This document shows, piece by piece, positions 1 to 8,426 of a DNA stretch of 64,000 bases. This DNA is from a virus (Duplodnaviria > Caudoviricetes). Under the pieces are notes generated by a model. It was given only the letters and a program-made list of their open reading frames with translations. It had not been told where the DNA came from and ran no database searches. The position numbers and the translations under genes are program-made. The stretch is from positions 3,216 to 67,215 of the IMG/VR virus record IMGVR_UViG_3300046529_000616. One strand, 5' to 3'. Every line of letters starts with the position of its first letter. Within the stretch, counting starts at the first letter, position 1.

Positions 1-2
1 CA

Positions 3-554
3 ATCGAAAATAACAAAGGTTCCCTTCGAGGGGAGAAAGACACAAGTGGGAAGAAGTGGCAAGTCAGAATGCCGGCCCCATATGGTTACATTCGCGGAAC
101 CGTGGGAGCGGACGGTGATTCGGTCGACGTCTACCTGGGCAAAAATCCCAATTCTGAAACAGTTTGGGTAATCGACCAAAGACGGGTTTCCAAAAAAGGC
201 AAGCCTAAGAAGTTCGACGAGCACAAGGTCTTCATCGGGTACAAGAAGCTCAAGACCGCGATGAAGGACTGGCTCAAGTCGCATTTCGACGACCACGGGC
301 ATGATCGAATTTCAGCGATTACTGAACTCTCGATGGACGAACTCAAGGCTTGGTTAAAGACCGGCGATTTGAAAGAACCTCTTTCTGACCAGAACGTTGG
401 GACTCCGGTAGATCTTCCCGACAGTTTGAAAAAGCTCGACACGGTTTCAACCGCGACCAATTTAATCTCAACTGGAAACAGACTCCCAAAGAAACGGAAG
501 AAAAAGAAGAAGCCTTCCCCTGGTGCGCGTTGGCTCGAACTCGGAGCAATATAA
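3..554 (+). CDS. 5'-truncated head-module protein with inorganic pyrophosphatase-like (InPase) domain and Lys-rich tail
   Basis: Frame is open from position 3 (IENNKGSLRGEKDTSGKKWQVRMPAPYGYIRGTVGADGDSVDVYLG...FDEHKVFIGY), matching the YGYI..T.GADGD.VDV / FDEHK signature of InPase domains of phage polyvalent proteins; ends KKRKKKKK. Confidence 0.75.
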   Translation: MENNKGSLRGEKDTSGKKWQVRMPAPYGYIRGTVGADGDSVDVYLGKNPNSETVWVIDQRRVSKKGKPKKFDEHKVFIGYKKLKTAMKDWLKSHFDDHGHDRISAITELSMDELKAWLKTGDLKEPLSDQNVGTPVDLPDSLKKLDTVSTATNLISTGNRLPKKRKKKKKPSPGARWLELGAI

Positions 555-1190
555 ATGGCCGTAGTCCCAGACGGAAGTTGGTATCGGACTCCTCAAGGCG
601 GTACAGTCCCGGCGAGTGCCCTCTTGGCGCCAACCGGAAATCTCGACTCCAACGGGCTACCCATCTATGGCCCGGTATCGTCTACAAATCCGGCGAACGT
701 AACTGGACAAGTCGGCGGCTTCGTTGCTCGGGTCTCGGCGAGCTTTACCCGACCCAACAATTCGACTCCCTATGTTGTTGGCCAATTAGTTGCCAACAAC
801 ACAGCAGCCGGCTCGGTCGTTCCAATGAGCTTTGCTATTTCCCGTCTCGCGGGAAAGGGCGGAATGATCCGACGAGTGCGGCTCCGAAAGAATGGAACTG
901 GAATTACCAACGCAAGTTTCCGGCTGCATTTATATTCTGTGGCGCCGACTCCTTCCAACGGTGATGGCGGAGCTTGGCTGACTGATCAAGCTGGAGCCTA
1001 CGTTGGCTCGATGGATGTGACCTGTGATCGGGCCTTCACTGACGGGGCGTCAGGAAATGGTGTTCCCAACACTGGAAGCGAAATCATCTTCACAGCGGAT
1101 ATCTATTACGGACTCCTGGAAGCCCGAGGCGCCTACACCCCAACGGCCCAGGAAATTCTGACTCTCTTGCTCGAAGTCGTGCAAAACTAA
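555..1190 (+). CDS. Hypothetical, probable virion-associated protein
   Basis: 211-aa Gly/Thr/Val-rich, beta-type ORF starting directly after the upstream stop; located in the head module. Confidence 0.6.
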   Translation: MAVVPDGSWYRTPQGGTVPASALLAPTGNLDSNGLPIYGPVSSTNPANVTGQVGGFVARVSASFTRPNNSTPYVVGQLVANNTAAGSVVPMSFAISRLAGKGGMIRRVRLRKNGTGITNASFRLHLYSVAPTPSNGDGGAWLTDQAGAYVGSMDVTCDRAFTDGASGNGVPNTGSEIIFTADIYYGLLEARGAYTPTAQEILTLLLEVVQN

Positions 1191-2488
1191 TGCTTGCTAC
1201 GGCTCCACAAGACCTGTCTCTGCTAACAGGGTATCCAGCACCTTTGCTCGACTTCGATTTCGTCAACGGCGTCTATCGGCAAGACGGGGTTGGCGCAAAC
1301 TCTGCAATCAGCAACTTCATCACCACTAGCCGAGCATCGGTTGGCTATGCCGACGATCAGTTGGGAAATTGGACAAGTTTCTCGGCGAACACAGCGCGAG
1401 CAGTTACTCCCGGTGGCAAGGGGCTTCTGGTCGAAGAAGCGCGTACCAACAGCATCCGCAACAATTCGATGCAGGGTGCAGTTGTTGGGACTCCAGGAAC
1501 TGCACCCCTAAACTGGCAAATAAACGCGGGTACAGGACTGACTTCATCTGTCACCCAACTTGGAACTGTTAACGGAATTGAGTTTATTGCCATTAGACTG
1601 GCGGGAACATCTGGCAGTACTTTTTCGTCTATCTACACAGAAGCAACTACTCAAATCGCTGCGAGTAACGGACAGACATGGACAGAAAGTTTGTTCATGG
1701 GGGTGGCGGCGGGCGCTACCAACGTAAATACTGTTTTCCCTGTGATCCAGCAGTATGCCGGCGGGGGTGGCTTTCTTTCAGCTTTGAACGGTCTTAATTT
1801 TCTGCCCTCTTTAGGACCGACTGCCACAACTAGGATCGTCAACACACAGACGACAAACAACGCCTCGACAGCCTTCGTCCGCGCGGGCATTCAGATCAAT
1901 TACAATTCTGGCGTTGCCGTTGACATTACCTTGCTGATTGGCTGGCCCCAGCTTGAACTTGGCGCATTCGCTACGAGTCCAATCCGCACTACCAATGCAG
2001 CAGCTACGAGAGCGGCCGATAAAGCGACACTAACCAACCCGTCAACAGTGACTAACGTACAAACGCTTGGTGCCCAATTCGTCAGCTTAACCAACAACGG
2101 TACTCCTGCAATTTTAGATGTTAGTGACGGTACAGCAAATAACCGAAACACATTATTGGTCAATAGTGCCTCTGGGCAGAATGCTTCGGGAGCCAGCGTT
2201 ATATCTGCGGGGGCACAAAATCCCCGCCTAGACGGTAGTGGCCCCTATATAGTAAATACTCTTGTAAAGGCTGCATATGCGTCGCAGCCAGGACAACGTG
2301 CATTTGCGTCAAACGGGGGCGTAGTTAGTTCCTCCATTAACATGGGAACTCTTACTGGACTTACAACCATAAGTATTGGCACTTTTGGAGCCGGAGTGGC
2401 GGGATTCGCAAATGCATATATTCGTCGAATTATGCTGTGGCCAACTACGTACTTGTCGAATATATCTTTACAAAGACTGACTCTGTAA
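1190..2488 (+). CDS. Putative virion fibre/spike protein with concanavalin A/LamG-like C-terminal domain
   Basis: 432 aa, T/A/G/N-rich; LDFDFVNGVY...GLLVEEARTN motif typical of phage fibre proteins, and a C-terminal beta-sandwich-like segment (NAYIRRIMLW). Confidence 0.6.
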   Translation: MLATAPQDLSLLTGYPAPLLDFDFVNGVYRQDGVGANSAISNFITTSRASVGYADDQLGNWTSFSANTARAVTPGGKGLLVEEARTNSIRNNSMQGAVVGTPGTAPLNWQINAGTGLTSSVTQLGTVNGIEFIAIRLAGTSGSTFSSIYTEATTQIAASNGQTWTESLFMGVAAGATNVNTVFPVIQQYAGGGGFLSALNGLNFLPSLGPTATTRIVNTQTTNNASTAFVRAGIQINYNSGVAVDITLLIGWPQLELGAFATSPIRTTNAAATRAADKATLTNPSTVTNVQTLGAQFVSLTNNGTPAILDVSDGTANNRNTLLVNSASGQNASGASVISAGAQNPRLDGSGPYIVNTLVKAAYASQPGQRAFASNGGVVSSSINMGTLTGLTTISIGTFGAGVAGFANAYIRRIMLWPTTYLSNISLQRLTL

Positions 2489-2907
2489 TGTCTCAGATCG
2501 ACGCCATGTTCAAATTCGCCTCGCTGGCCGCCGCCAAGGCCGATCCTGTCGTGCAGCATTACATGGCGTTGGACGACTCCCAGCAAGCGCAGTTCCAACT
2601 GAGCGTCATCATTCCAGGCGTTCAGGTTTGGAGAGCAAGTCAGGATGTCGCTGGCACCGATGGAGATGGAAACCCAACGGTGACTCATACCTTCCTGCCG
2701 GGCTACTTTATCTTCGTCTCAGCCGACCATGTAATCCCCGAGCTTCGCGACCATCCGGCCTTACAAGTCGCAGTTGACAGGGACAAGATGAACGCTCGGC
2801 AGGCAGGCATGGTGCTCAAGAGCACCATTACCAACAGTCTGCTGCAAGACCTCCGGTTTCAGCCAATCTACGCGGGAATGGACCCGCCATGGGGGAATTG
2901 GAGATGA
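2488..2907 (+). CDS. Hypothetical protein
   Basis: ATG at 2488 overlaps the upstream TAA; 139 aa. Confidence 0.6.
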   Translation: MSQIDAMFKFASLAAAKADPVVQHYMALDDSQQAQFQLSVIIPGVQVWRASQDVAGTDGDGNPTVTHTFLPGYFIFVSADHVIPELRDHPALQVAVDRDKMNARQAGMVLKSTITNSLLQDLRFQPIYAGMDPPWGNWR

Positions 2908-3629
2908 GAATCTTTGCTGGGGCATTGTTGCTGCTGTTTCTTAGTGCTTGCGGGCAAGGCGGAATTGGAACAGGTCCAGTAACAATCTCCGACCCAATGG
3001 CGTATCTGGCACAGTCGAAGAAGCCAGACGGAAATGTTTCGACTCCACTCTCAGGAACCGACGGAATGGTTTATCGTAGGTTCGACTTTGGACATGTCCA
3101 GGCCGAGGACAGCTTTCTAACCGGGCCAACAACGGCGATCACGGCCTGGAGCTATTCTCCCTGGGGTGAATTTGTCGACTCCAACGGTGACGGTGGGGAA
3201 GTCTATTCCCTCCAAGGAAACATAGTCCATATCACCAGCACCAAGCATCTGGGAGTACCGACAACACCGATCTCTTGGGTAGCGTTGAGGACCGACACGA
3301 TTGACTGTTCTCAAGGATGGACATCTTATTCGGTCCTGGAACGAGGTTGTAAGGCGACGGTTTCTTATCCCAACATCGGACCGATAGACACTATCATCAG
3401 CGAACACCTGAATCCGGTTGAACGGTTTGTCGAACGCATCTTCCTTGGCCGTGGTTGGGGACGTTTAGCCTGGCAAACGTTCCGGGCAACGGGCGCCCCA
3501 GCTCCCGACCGTTGTCCTTCGTTCGGCTGGAACGAATATCAGAACTGGATACTGACCGACTGTCGCTATGTTGTGAACATCGAACCGGCAAACGGAACAT
3601 TGTCTGGTTCGATGCTCTGGCATCCATAA
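2904..3629 (+). CDS. Predicted lipoprotein
   Basis: ATGA overlap; signal peptide MRIFAGALLLLF followed by lipobox LSAC. Confidence 0.65.
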   Translation: MRIFAGALLLLFLSACGQGGIGTGPVTISDPMAYLAQSKKPDGNVSTPLSGTDGMVYRRFDFGHVQAEDSFLTGPTTAITAWSYSPWGEFVDSNGDGGEVYSLQGNIVHITSTKHLGVPTTPISWVALRTDTIDCSQGWTSYSVLERGCKATVSYPNIGPIDTIISEHLNPVERFVERIFLGRGWGRLAWQTFRATGAPAPDRCPSFGWNEYQNWILTDCRYVVNIEPANGTLSGSMLWHP

Positions 3630-3664
3630 ACATGGCAAATACTCAAACCTAAAGGAGAAGGTAA

Positions 3665-4348
3665 ATGTCGACAGTGCAGTTGAATGCCGCCGCGATCGGC
3701 GGACTGATTCAAACCGGGTTTTCGGGAAATGTGCAAGTCCCGGCAGACGGCCTCATTACCGTCGACACCCGGGACGCGGCAAATTTGCTCGCGGCAGGAT
3801 GCAGCTACGTTCGAGCAACGACTCGGCAACAGACCATCACCACTCCCGCTGCCGGCGCGGTCGGGCAGTTGGTTGCGTCAACGGCGTTTTCTAACGGCAC
3901 CAAGACGATCGCCAACCAGCCGGATGTGGCCAGGTTAGCTTCCGTTCGAATTGACCCCGGGACCTCTGCCATCACGGCGGGAAATGTCGCAGTTTCCTAC
4001 ATTGCGCTCGATGGAACCACCACGGTCGACAATCTTTCGGCCGTGACTGCGGCGAGCACGGTTCTGAGTCAGAACATCTCCAAGGGCATCGTGAAGCTGA
4101 ATTCGCTTGTGGTTACTGCGGTCGCCGGCGGCGCCAGCCCAGGAATCCAGATGGACACGCTGAACCAGCTGGGCGTCATGGCCGACCCAGGCTATGTCGA
4201 TTTCTCGGTCCTGGATCTGAAGGTCGATGGCGTGGACTCGGGCGTTGCGAGCGTCGCAACTGCTGCAGCTTGCTTCACTCCGTCGACGGCGCCCAACGGC
4301 ACCCACACCTACAACGTCATCGCGAACTTCAATTCGCCGGTGACCTGA
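3665..4348 (+). CDS. Putative virion structural (decoration-type) protein
   Basis: Strong RBS (AAGGAGAAGG); 227-aa Ala/Thr/Val/Gly-rich beta protein. Confidence 0.55.
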   Translation: MSTVQLNAAAIGGLIQTGFSGNVQVPADGLITVDTRDAANLLAAGCSYVRATTRQQTITTPAAGAVGQLVASTAFSNGTKTIANQPDVARLASVRIDPGTSAITAGNVAVSYIALDGTTTVDNLSAVTAASTVLSQNISKGIVKLNSLVVTAVAGGASPGIQMDTLNQLGVMADPGYVDFSVLDLKVDGVDSGVASVATAAACFTPSTAPNGTHTYNVIANFNSPVT

Positions 4349-4363
4349 AGGGAGTCTGATCCG

Positions 4364-5734
4364 TTGCCCACCGCTGCTGCGCTAGTACAGACGGGAATCG
4401 AGTTTCAGAGTCAAGGAGATCTTGAGGCTGCTCGGCTTCATTATCTCGCAGCTCTGAAACTGGATTCGAACTGTGTCCAAGCCATCGCGAACCTGTGCGT
4501 CGTGTTGGCCGAGACTAACCGACTTGAAGGTGCAGCAGCATTAGCCTGGAAGCTCGTCGACCTGGTTCCTTTCAATGGAAACTTCTGGGAACTGTTGGGG
4601 AACTTTCTAACAAGGCTGGAGCGGTTGGACCTGGCCGAATATGCCTTCGATCAGGCGATAGGACTGAGTCCAGAGTCTCCGAGCATCCACCATAATCTGG
4701 CGTTGTGTCTGTTGAGGCAGAGAAAATATCAACAGTCGATCGCAGCGTTCGAGCGCGCAGAGAAGCTCGGATCAAGGGGTCACGGAATCAAGAACGACAA
4801 AGCCCATGCCTTTATGGCCCTGGGAAACCTGAAACAAGGTTGGGAATTGTATGAGTCCCGGTGGGATACCTTGGTTCACCTTCCACCGTGGGATTATCAC
4901 ATTCCCGAGTGGAAGGGAGAAAATCTGACAGCAACCCGAATCCTTATTCATGGCGAACAAGGTCTTGGCGACACGATCATGTGTTCAAGATTCTTTCGTG
5001 ACCTCGCCGACTGGGATTGGGCAGATGTGACTCTGGGAGTTCCCAGAACCCTTCAGAACTTGTTTTCTGCCCAGGATTGGAACCTGAACATCTTGCCGAT
5101 TGAGGACATGAACGAAGAAAACATGAAGGGCTTTGATTATCAGAGTCCAATGTATTCGGCAATGAGATATTTGGAAATTGACTCGCCAAAGGACGTTTCA
5201 TCAAAGGCTTATTTGAAGGTCCCGGAACCGAGAAAGTTCGAGTCTGATTTTAACATCGGACTCTGTTGGGCTTCTGGCCGCCGTGGAACCGAGATGGACG
5301 CTCGGCGAAGAGAAGCTGACTTGAAGCTGTTTCTCCCCCTGATCGAGAATCCGAAATTCAAAATCTGGTCACTTCAGAAAGGGACCAACGAAGAAGACAT
5401 TTCAAACCTGGGTCTTGAAGGTCTTGTTTCCGACGAAACCGGAATGTTCTCAGATTTCTACGAAACGGCGAAATTCATTTCAGGCTTGGATCTGGTTTTG
5501 ACAGTTGACACTGCGGTCGCCCATCTCTCGGGGGCGCTGGGCATACCGACTTTCATGCTAGCCCAATTCTCCAACTGCTGGAGATGGTGGAACATTGAGA
5601 ATGGATCGGGCGAGCCCTGGTACTCGGGAATGAGAATCTTCAGACAATCAGTTCCGGGCGATTGGAAAGGCCCAGTCACAGCGGCAATTAACCAGATCAA
5701 TCTGGGTCTGGTCCAGAGGAAGATTGCAGCGTGA
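4364..5734 (+). CDS. TPR-repeat glycosyltransferase (GT-B, GT9/heptosyltransferase-like C-terminus)
   Basis: N-terminal TPR helices; EQGLGDTI and LDLVLTVDTAVAHLSGALG motifs; CWRW near the C-terminus. TTG start with GGAG RBS. Confidence 0.85.
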   Translation: MPTAAALVQTGIEFQSQGDLEAARLHYLAALKLDSNCVQAIANLCVVLAETNRLEGAAALAWKLVDLVPFNGNFWELLGNFLTRLERLDLAEYAFDQAIGLSPESPSIHHNLALCLLRQRKYQQSIAAFERAEKLGSRGHGIKNDKAHAFMALGNLKQGWELYESRWDTLVHLPPWDYHIPEWKGENLTATRILIHGEQGLGDTIMCSRFFRDLADWDWADVTLGVPRTLQNLFSAQDWNLNILPIEDMNEENMKGFDYQSPMYSAMRYLEIDSPKDVSSKAYLKVPEPRKFESDFNIGLCWASGRRGTEMDARRREADLKLFLPLIENPKFKIWSLQKGTNEEDISNLGLEGLVSDETGMFSDFYETAKFISGLDLVLTVDTAVAHLSGALGIPTFMLAQFSNCWRWWNIENGSGEPWYSGMRIFRQSVPGDWKGPVTAAINQINLGLVQRKIAA

Positions 5735-6387
5735 TTTATACCATTTACCACCAAGCGCGCCCGCACGAGTCCACAGACGCTTGTCAGGCTATCTTTGTCG
5801 GCCGGCCAATCGGAAACAACATCGCGCATCTTGAAACCTTAGCTGAGATGCGGGCACACTTCTGGATCTGGAAGAACAAAAATCCTATGTTCTGGGTCGG
5901 CTTCCAGCATTATCGGAGATACTTGGACCTGAGAAACACTGACTCCAGGGCGAAGATTGAAGTCACAGAGCCCCAACCGCAGGAAGAAATTCCCGCTTGG
6001 GTTGAGGACTTCGACGTGATCGTCCCCAGGGCTTGGCAAATGAATCGGAATCTGACGGTCGGGGAACAATTCTGCGAGGCTCATGGAAACGAAGCCTGGA
6101 ACCAGATGTTGGCGCTTGTTCCTGACTTTGAAAGATATTCCAAACGAAACTCCTATCATGTTTGTAACATCTTTCTGACTCGGTGGGAGATTTTCGCCCG
6201 GTATATGGAATTTTGGTGGGATCTTTCCCAGAGCCTCCTGAGAACAGTTTCTGTGCCTGAGAACTCCTACCAACATCGGATTCTGGGCTTTCTGTCCGAA
6301 CGAATCTGGAGCTTCTGGTTAGATCGAGAACAAGAACGAACCGGAATCAAAATTTTCGAGGTCCCGCTGATGTTGGTGACTCCATGA
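5731..6387 (+). CDS. DUF4422-like putative glycosyltransferase
   Basis: VGFQHYRRYL, CNIF and GFLSERIW motifs characteristic of DUF4422. Confidence 0.7.
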   Translation: MIYTIYHQARPHESTDACQAIFVGRPIGNNIAHLETLAEMRAHFWIWKNKNPMFWVGFQHYRRYLDLRNTDSRAKIEVTEPQPQEEIPAWVEDFDVIVPRAWQMNRNLTVGEQFCEAHGNEAWNQMLALVPDFERYSKRNSYHVCNIFLTRWEIFARYMEFWWDLSQSLLRTVSVPENSYQHRILGFLSERIWSFWLDREQERTGIKIFEVPLMLVTP

Positions 6388-7079
6388 AGATCTCCCTTCC
6401 AGATGTGACGGTTGTGGTCATTGACACGGTTTGTCACAGCTTGGCCCTCGAAGCAATCAAGGACACAGTTCGTGAGATCGAGCCGGCGGAGATTCTGGTT
6501 TGGAGCGATCGGAAACAGTTTCCCTTCTGTGATGTGATTCCCACAGGGGCGAAATCTTTCGAAGAAGTTGGAAAAATCCTCTGGTACGATGTGCCGAAAA
6601 CAGTCAAGACCAGTCATTTCCTCGTCGTTCAATGGGACGGTTGGGTACTTGACGCAGGGAATTGGAACCCGAATTGGCTGGATCGAGATTACATCGGCGC
6701 TCCGTGGTGGCATCGGGACGGGCTCAACGTCGGAAACGGTGGATTTAGCCTTCGATCAACCGACTTGGCGAAATTCATTGCTAAGAACCAACAAATTTTT
6801 CCACTGGCGAACCCCGAAGACGTGGCGATTTGCCGGCACTATCGAAAGACCCTGGAACTCTTGGGCTTTAGCTTCGGCTTAGAGTCAGAAGCAAGAAAAT
6901 TCTCTTTCGAACGAACCGAACGGGTTTCAAGTTTCGGGTTTCATGGGATTTTCAACTGGGGAAAAGTCCTCTCCCCGGACAAACTTCTCTCCCGACTCGA
7001 ACTGGTGAACGACTATGTTCGTTCCAGGCCCGAGTGGGCGGAGTTCTGGACTCAGGCAAGGACTCTTATCAGTGCATGA
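6384..7079 (+). CDS. DUF5672-like putative glycosyltransferase
   Basis: LVVQWDGWV, DYIGAPW, VGNGGFSLRS and EDVAIC motifs. Confidence 0.75.
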   Translation: MKISLPDVTVVVIDTVCHSLALEAIKDTVREIEPAEILVWSDRKQFPFCDVIPTGAKSFEEVGKILWYDVPKTVKTSHFLVVQWDGWVLDAGNWNPNWLDRDYIGAPWWHRDGLNVGNGGFSLRSTDLAKFIAKNQQIFPLANPEDVAICRHYRKTLELLGFSFGLESEARKFSFERTERVSSFGFHGIFNWGKVLSPDKLLSRLELVNDYVRSRPEWAEFWTQARTLISA

Positions 7080-7644
7080 TACAGCCAGAGAGACGGGGAA
7101 GGCATTCTTCGAAACCTATGGGCCGGGGAAGAAGTCTGTCCTCGACGTGGGCTCGTTCGATGTCAATGGAACGTTAAAAGATTATGTTCCTGACGATATG
7201 AACTACTGCGGAACTGACATTTCTTCCGGCCCGAACGTGAACGTGGTTCTTGACGATCCGCATCGGTTTCCATTTGTTTGTGAGGAATTTGACCTCATCG
7301 TTTCGACTTCCTGTTTCGAACACGACGATATGTTTTGGCTCACCTTTTCCGAAATGTGTCGGATCGTAGCGCCCGGAGGATTTATTTACATTTCAGCTCC
7401 TGTTGCAGGAGCAGTCCATAATCATCCTATCGACGCCTGGAGGTTCTATCCCGACGCAGGGATAGCTCTCGCCCGTTGGGGTGAGAGAAATCTGGAGCCA
7501 ATTTCACTCATTGAGTCGTTTATTCGTCCACCTGGCTCAGAAGGCTGGTCGGACTTCGTTGCGGTTTTTGCCAAAAGACCGTTCGGAAGGCCAGTGAATC
7601 TTTTAGTTAGTCAGTTTCCAAACGCAATGCACGTAAGGACTTGA
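7072..7644 (+). CDS. Class I SAM-dependent methyltransferase
   Basis: GTG start (VHDTA...); VLDVGSFDVNG motif I, FDLIVSTSCFEH, and HNHPIDAWRFYPD. Confidence 0.85.
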   Translation: MHDTARETGKAFFETYGPGKKSVLDVGSFDVNGTLKDYVPDDMNYCGTDISSGPNVNVVLDDPHRFPFVCEEFDLIVSTSCFEHDDMFWLTFSEMCRIVAPGGFIYISAPVAGAVHNHPIDAWRFYPDAGIALARWGERNLEPISLIESFIRPPGSEGWSDFVAVFAKRPFGRPVNLLVSQFPNAMHVRT

Positions 7645-7673
7645 ATCGAGCCTAACCTTCAACAAAGGAGAGT

Positions 7674-7907
7674 ATGATGGCGACGGTAACGAAAGTGACT
7701 TCGGGAAGCACCACGACCTACACTGTCACAGACGCCCAGGGCAACGCGGCGACCTTGGCGGTTCTGGTCAATCCCGTGACCGGGAACGTGATTACTTACG
7801 GCGGTGCAGCCGTCCACAATGACGCGACGGCGATGATCAGTCAGCTATTGCTTCAGTTGCGAACGGGACTCCTGCCCGGCGCCGGCGCCCAGAATCTTCA
7901 GCCTTAG
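7674..7907 (+). CDS. Hypothetical protein
   Basis: Strong RBS AAGGAGAG; 77 aa. Confidence 0.65.
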   Translation: MMATVTKVTSGSTTTYTVTDAQGNAATLAVLVNPVTGNVITYGGAAVHNDATAMISQLLLQLRTGLLPGAGAQNLQP

Positions 7908-7945
7908 GGCGAACCAGCCAACTCGGAGAGAAAAGGGGGCCAAGA

Positions 7946-8110
7946 ATGATTATCGAGATCCTTTTTGTCGTGACCATGTTCCTCTGGTTCTTGGCCCTTC
8001 TGCCTTTCCAGCCGGTTGAACCCTACCGGCCCTATGCGACTACCTGGCTCGCGTTCGTGGCGATCCTGTTGCTGGGAGTCCATGTTTTCGCCGGATACCT
8101 GGTGAGATAA
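7946..8110 (+). CDS. Small two-TM membrane protein (54 aa, below the ORF-track cutoff)
   Basis: MIIEILFVVTMFLWFLALLPFQPVEPYRPYATTWLAFVAILLLGVHVFAGYLVR*; purine-rich RBS upstream. Confidence 0.65.
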   Translation: MIIEILFVVTMFLWFLALLPFQPVEPYRPYATTWLAFVAILLLGVHVFAGYLVR

Positions 8111-8149
8111 GGTTTCGGTCGTTGAAATTTGCGCTTCAGATACGCAGCG

Positions 8150-8388
8150 GTCTAGTGGGCCAAGTTTGCCGACTGAAAGAGGCGGCGGGCTGCGGCGATT
8201 TTTCGCCGGCTCAGGGACTCGATTGCGTTGACGGAACGGCCAGCCCGAGGTGGCGCGACTGGGCACGTGACGTAATCGCTTACGTGTCGGCCGAGGCTGC
8301 CCACCGACTCTGTCGACGGGTGCCGCTGGTGACAGCATACAGCCTAGCTGACTGGAGCCTTTCGCGGACTGGGTGGCCCAGACTAGAC
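8150..8388 (+). ncRNA. Candidate structured RNA (leader or ncRNA) upstream of the head protease gene
   Basis: Nested helices read by eye: 8150-8162/8374-8388 (13 bp, 2-nt bulge), 8194-8198/8203-8207, 8208-8212/8355-8359, 8220-8229/8269-8278, 8295-8299/8340-8344, and GCTG-GTGA-CAGC GNRA hairpin 8325-8336. Confidence 0.5.
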
Positions 8389-8426
8389 TCAAAGTCTTTT
8401 TTGGGCCAACACCCAGAATTTGTACC

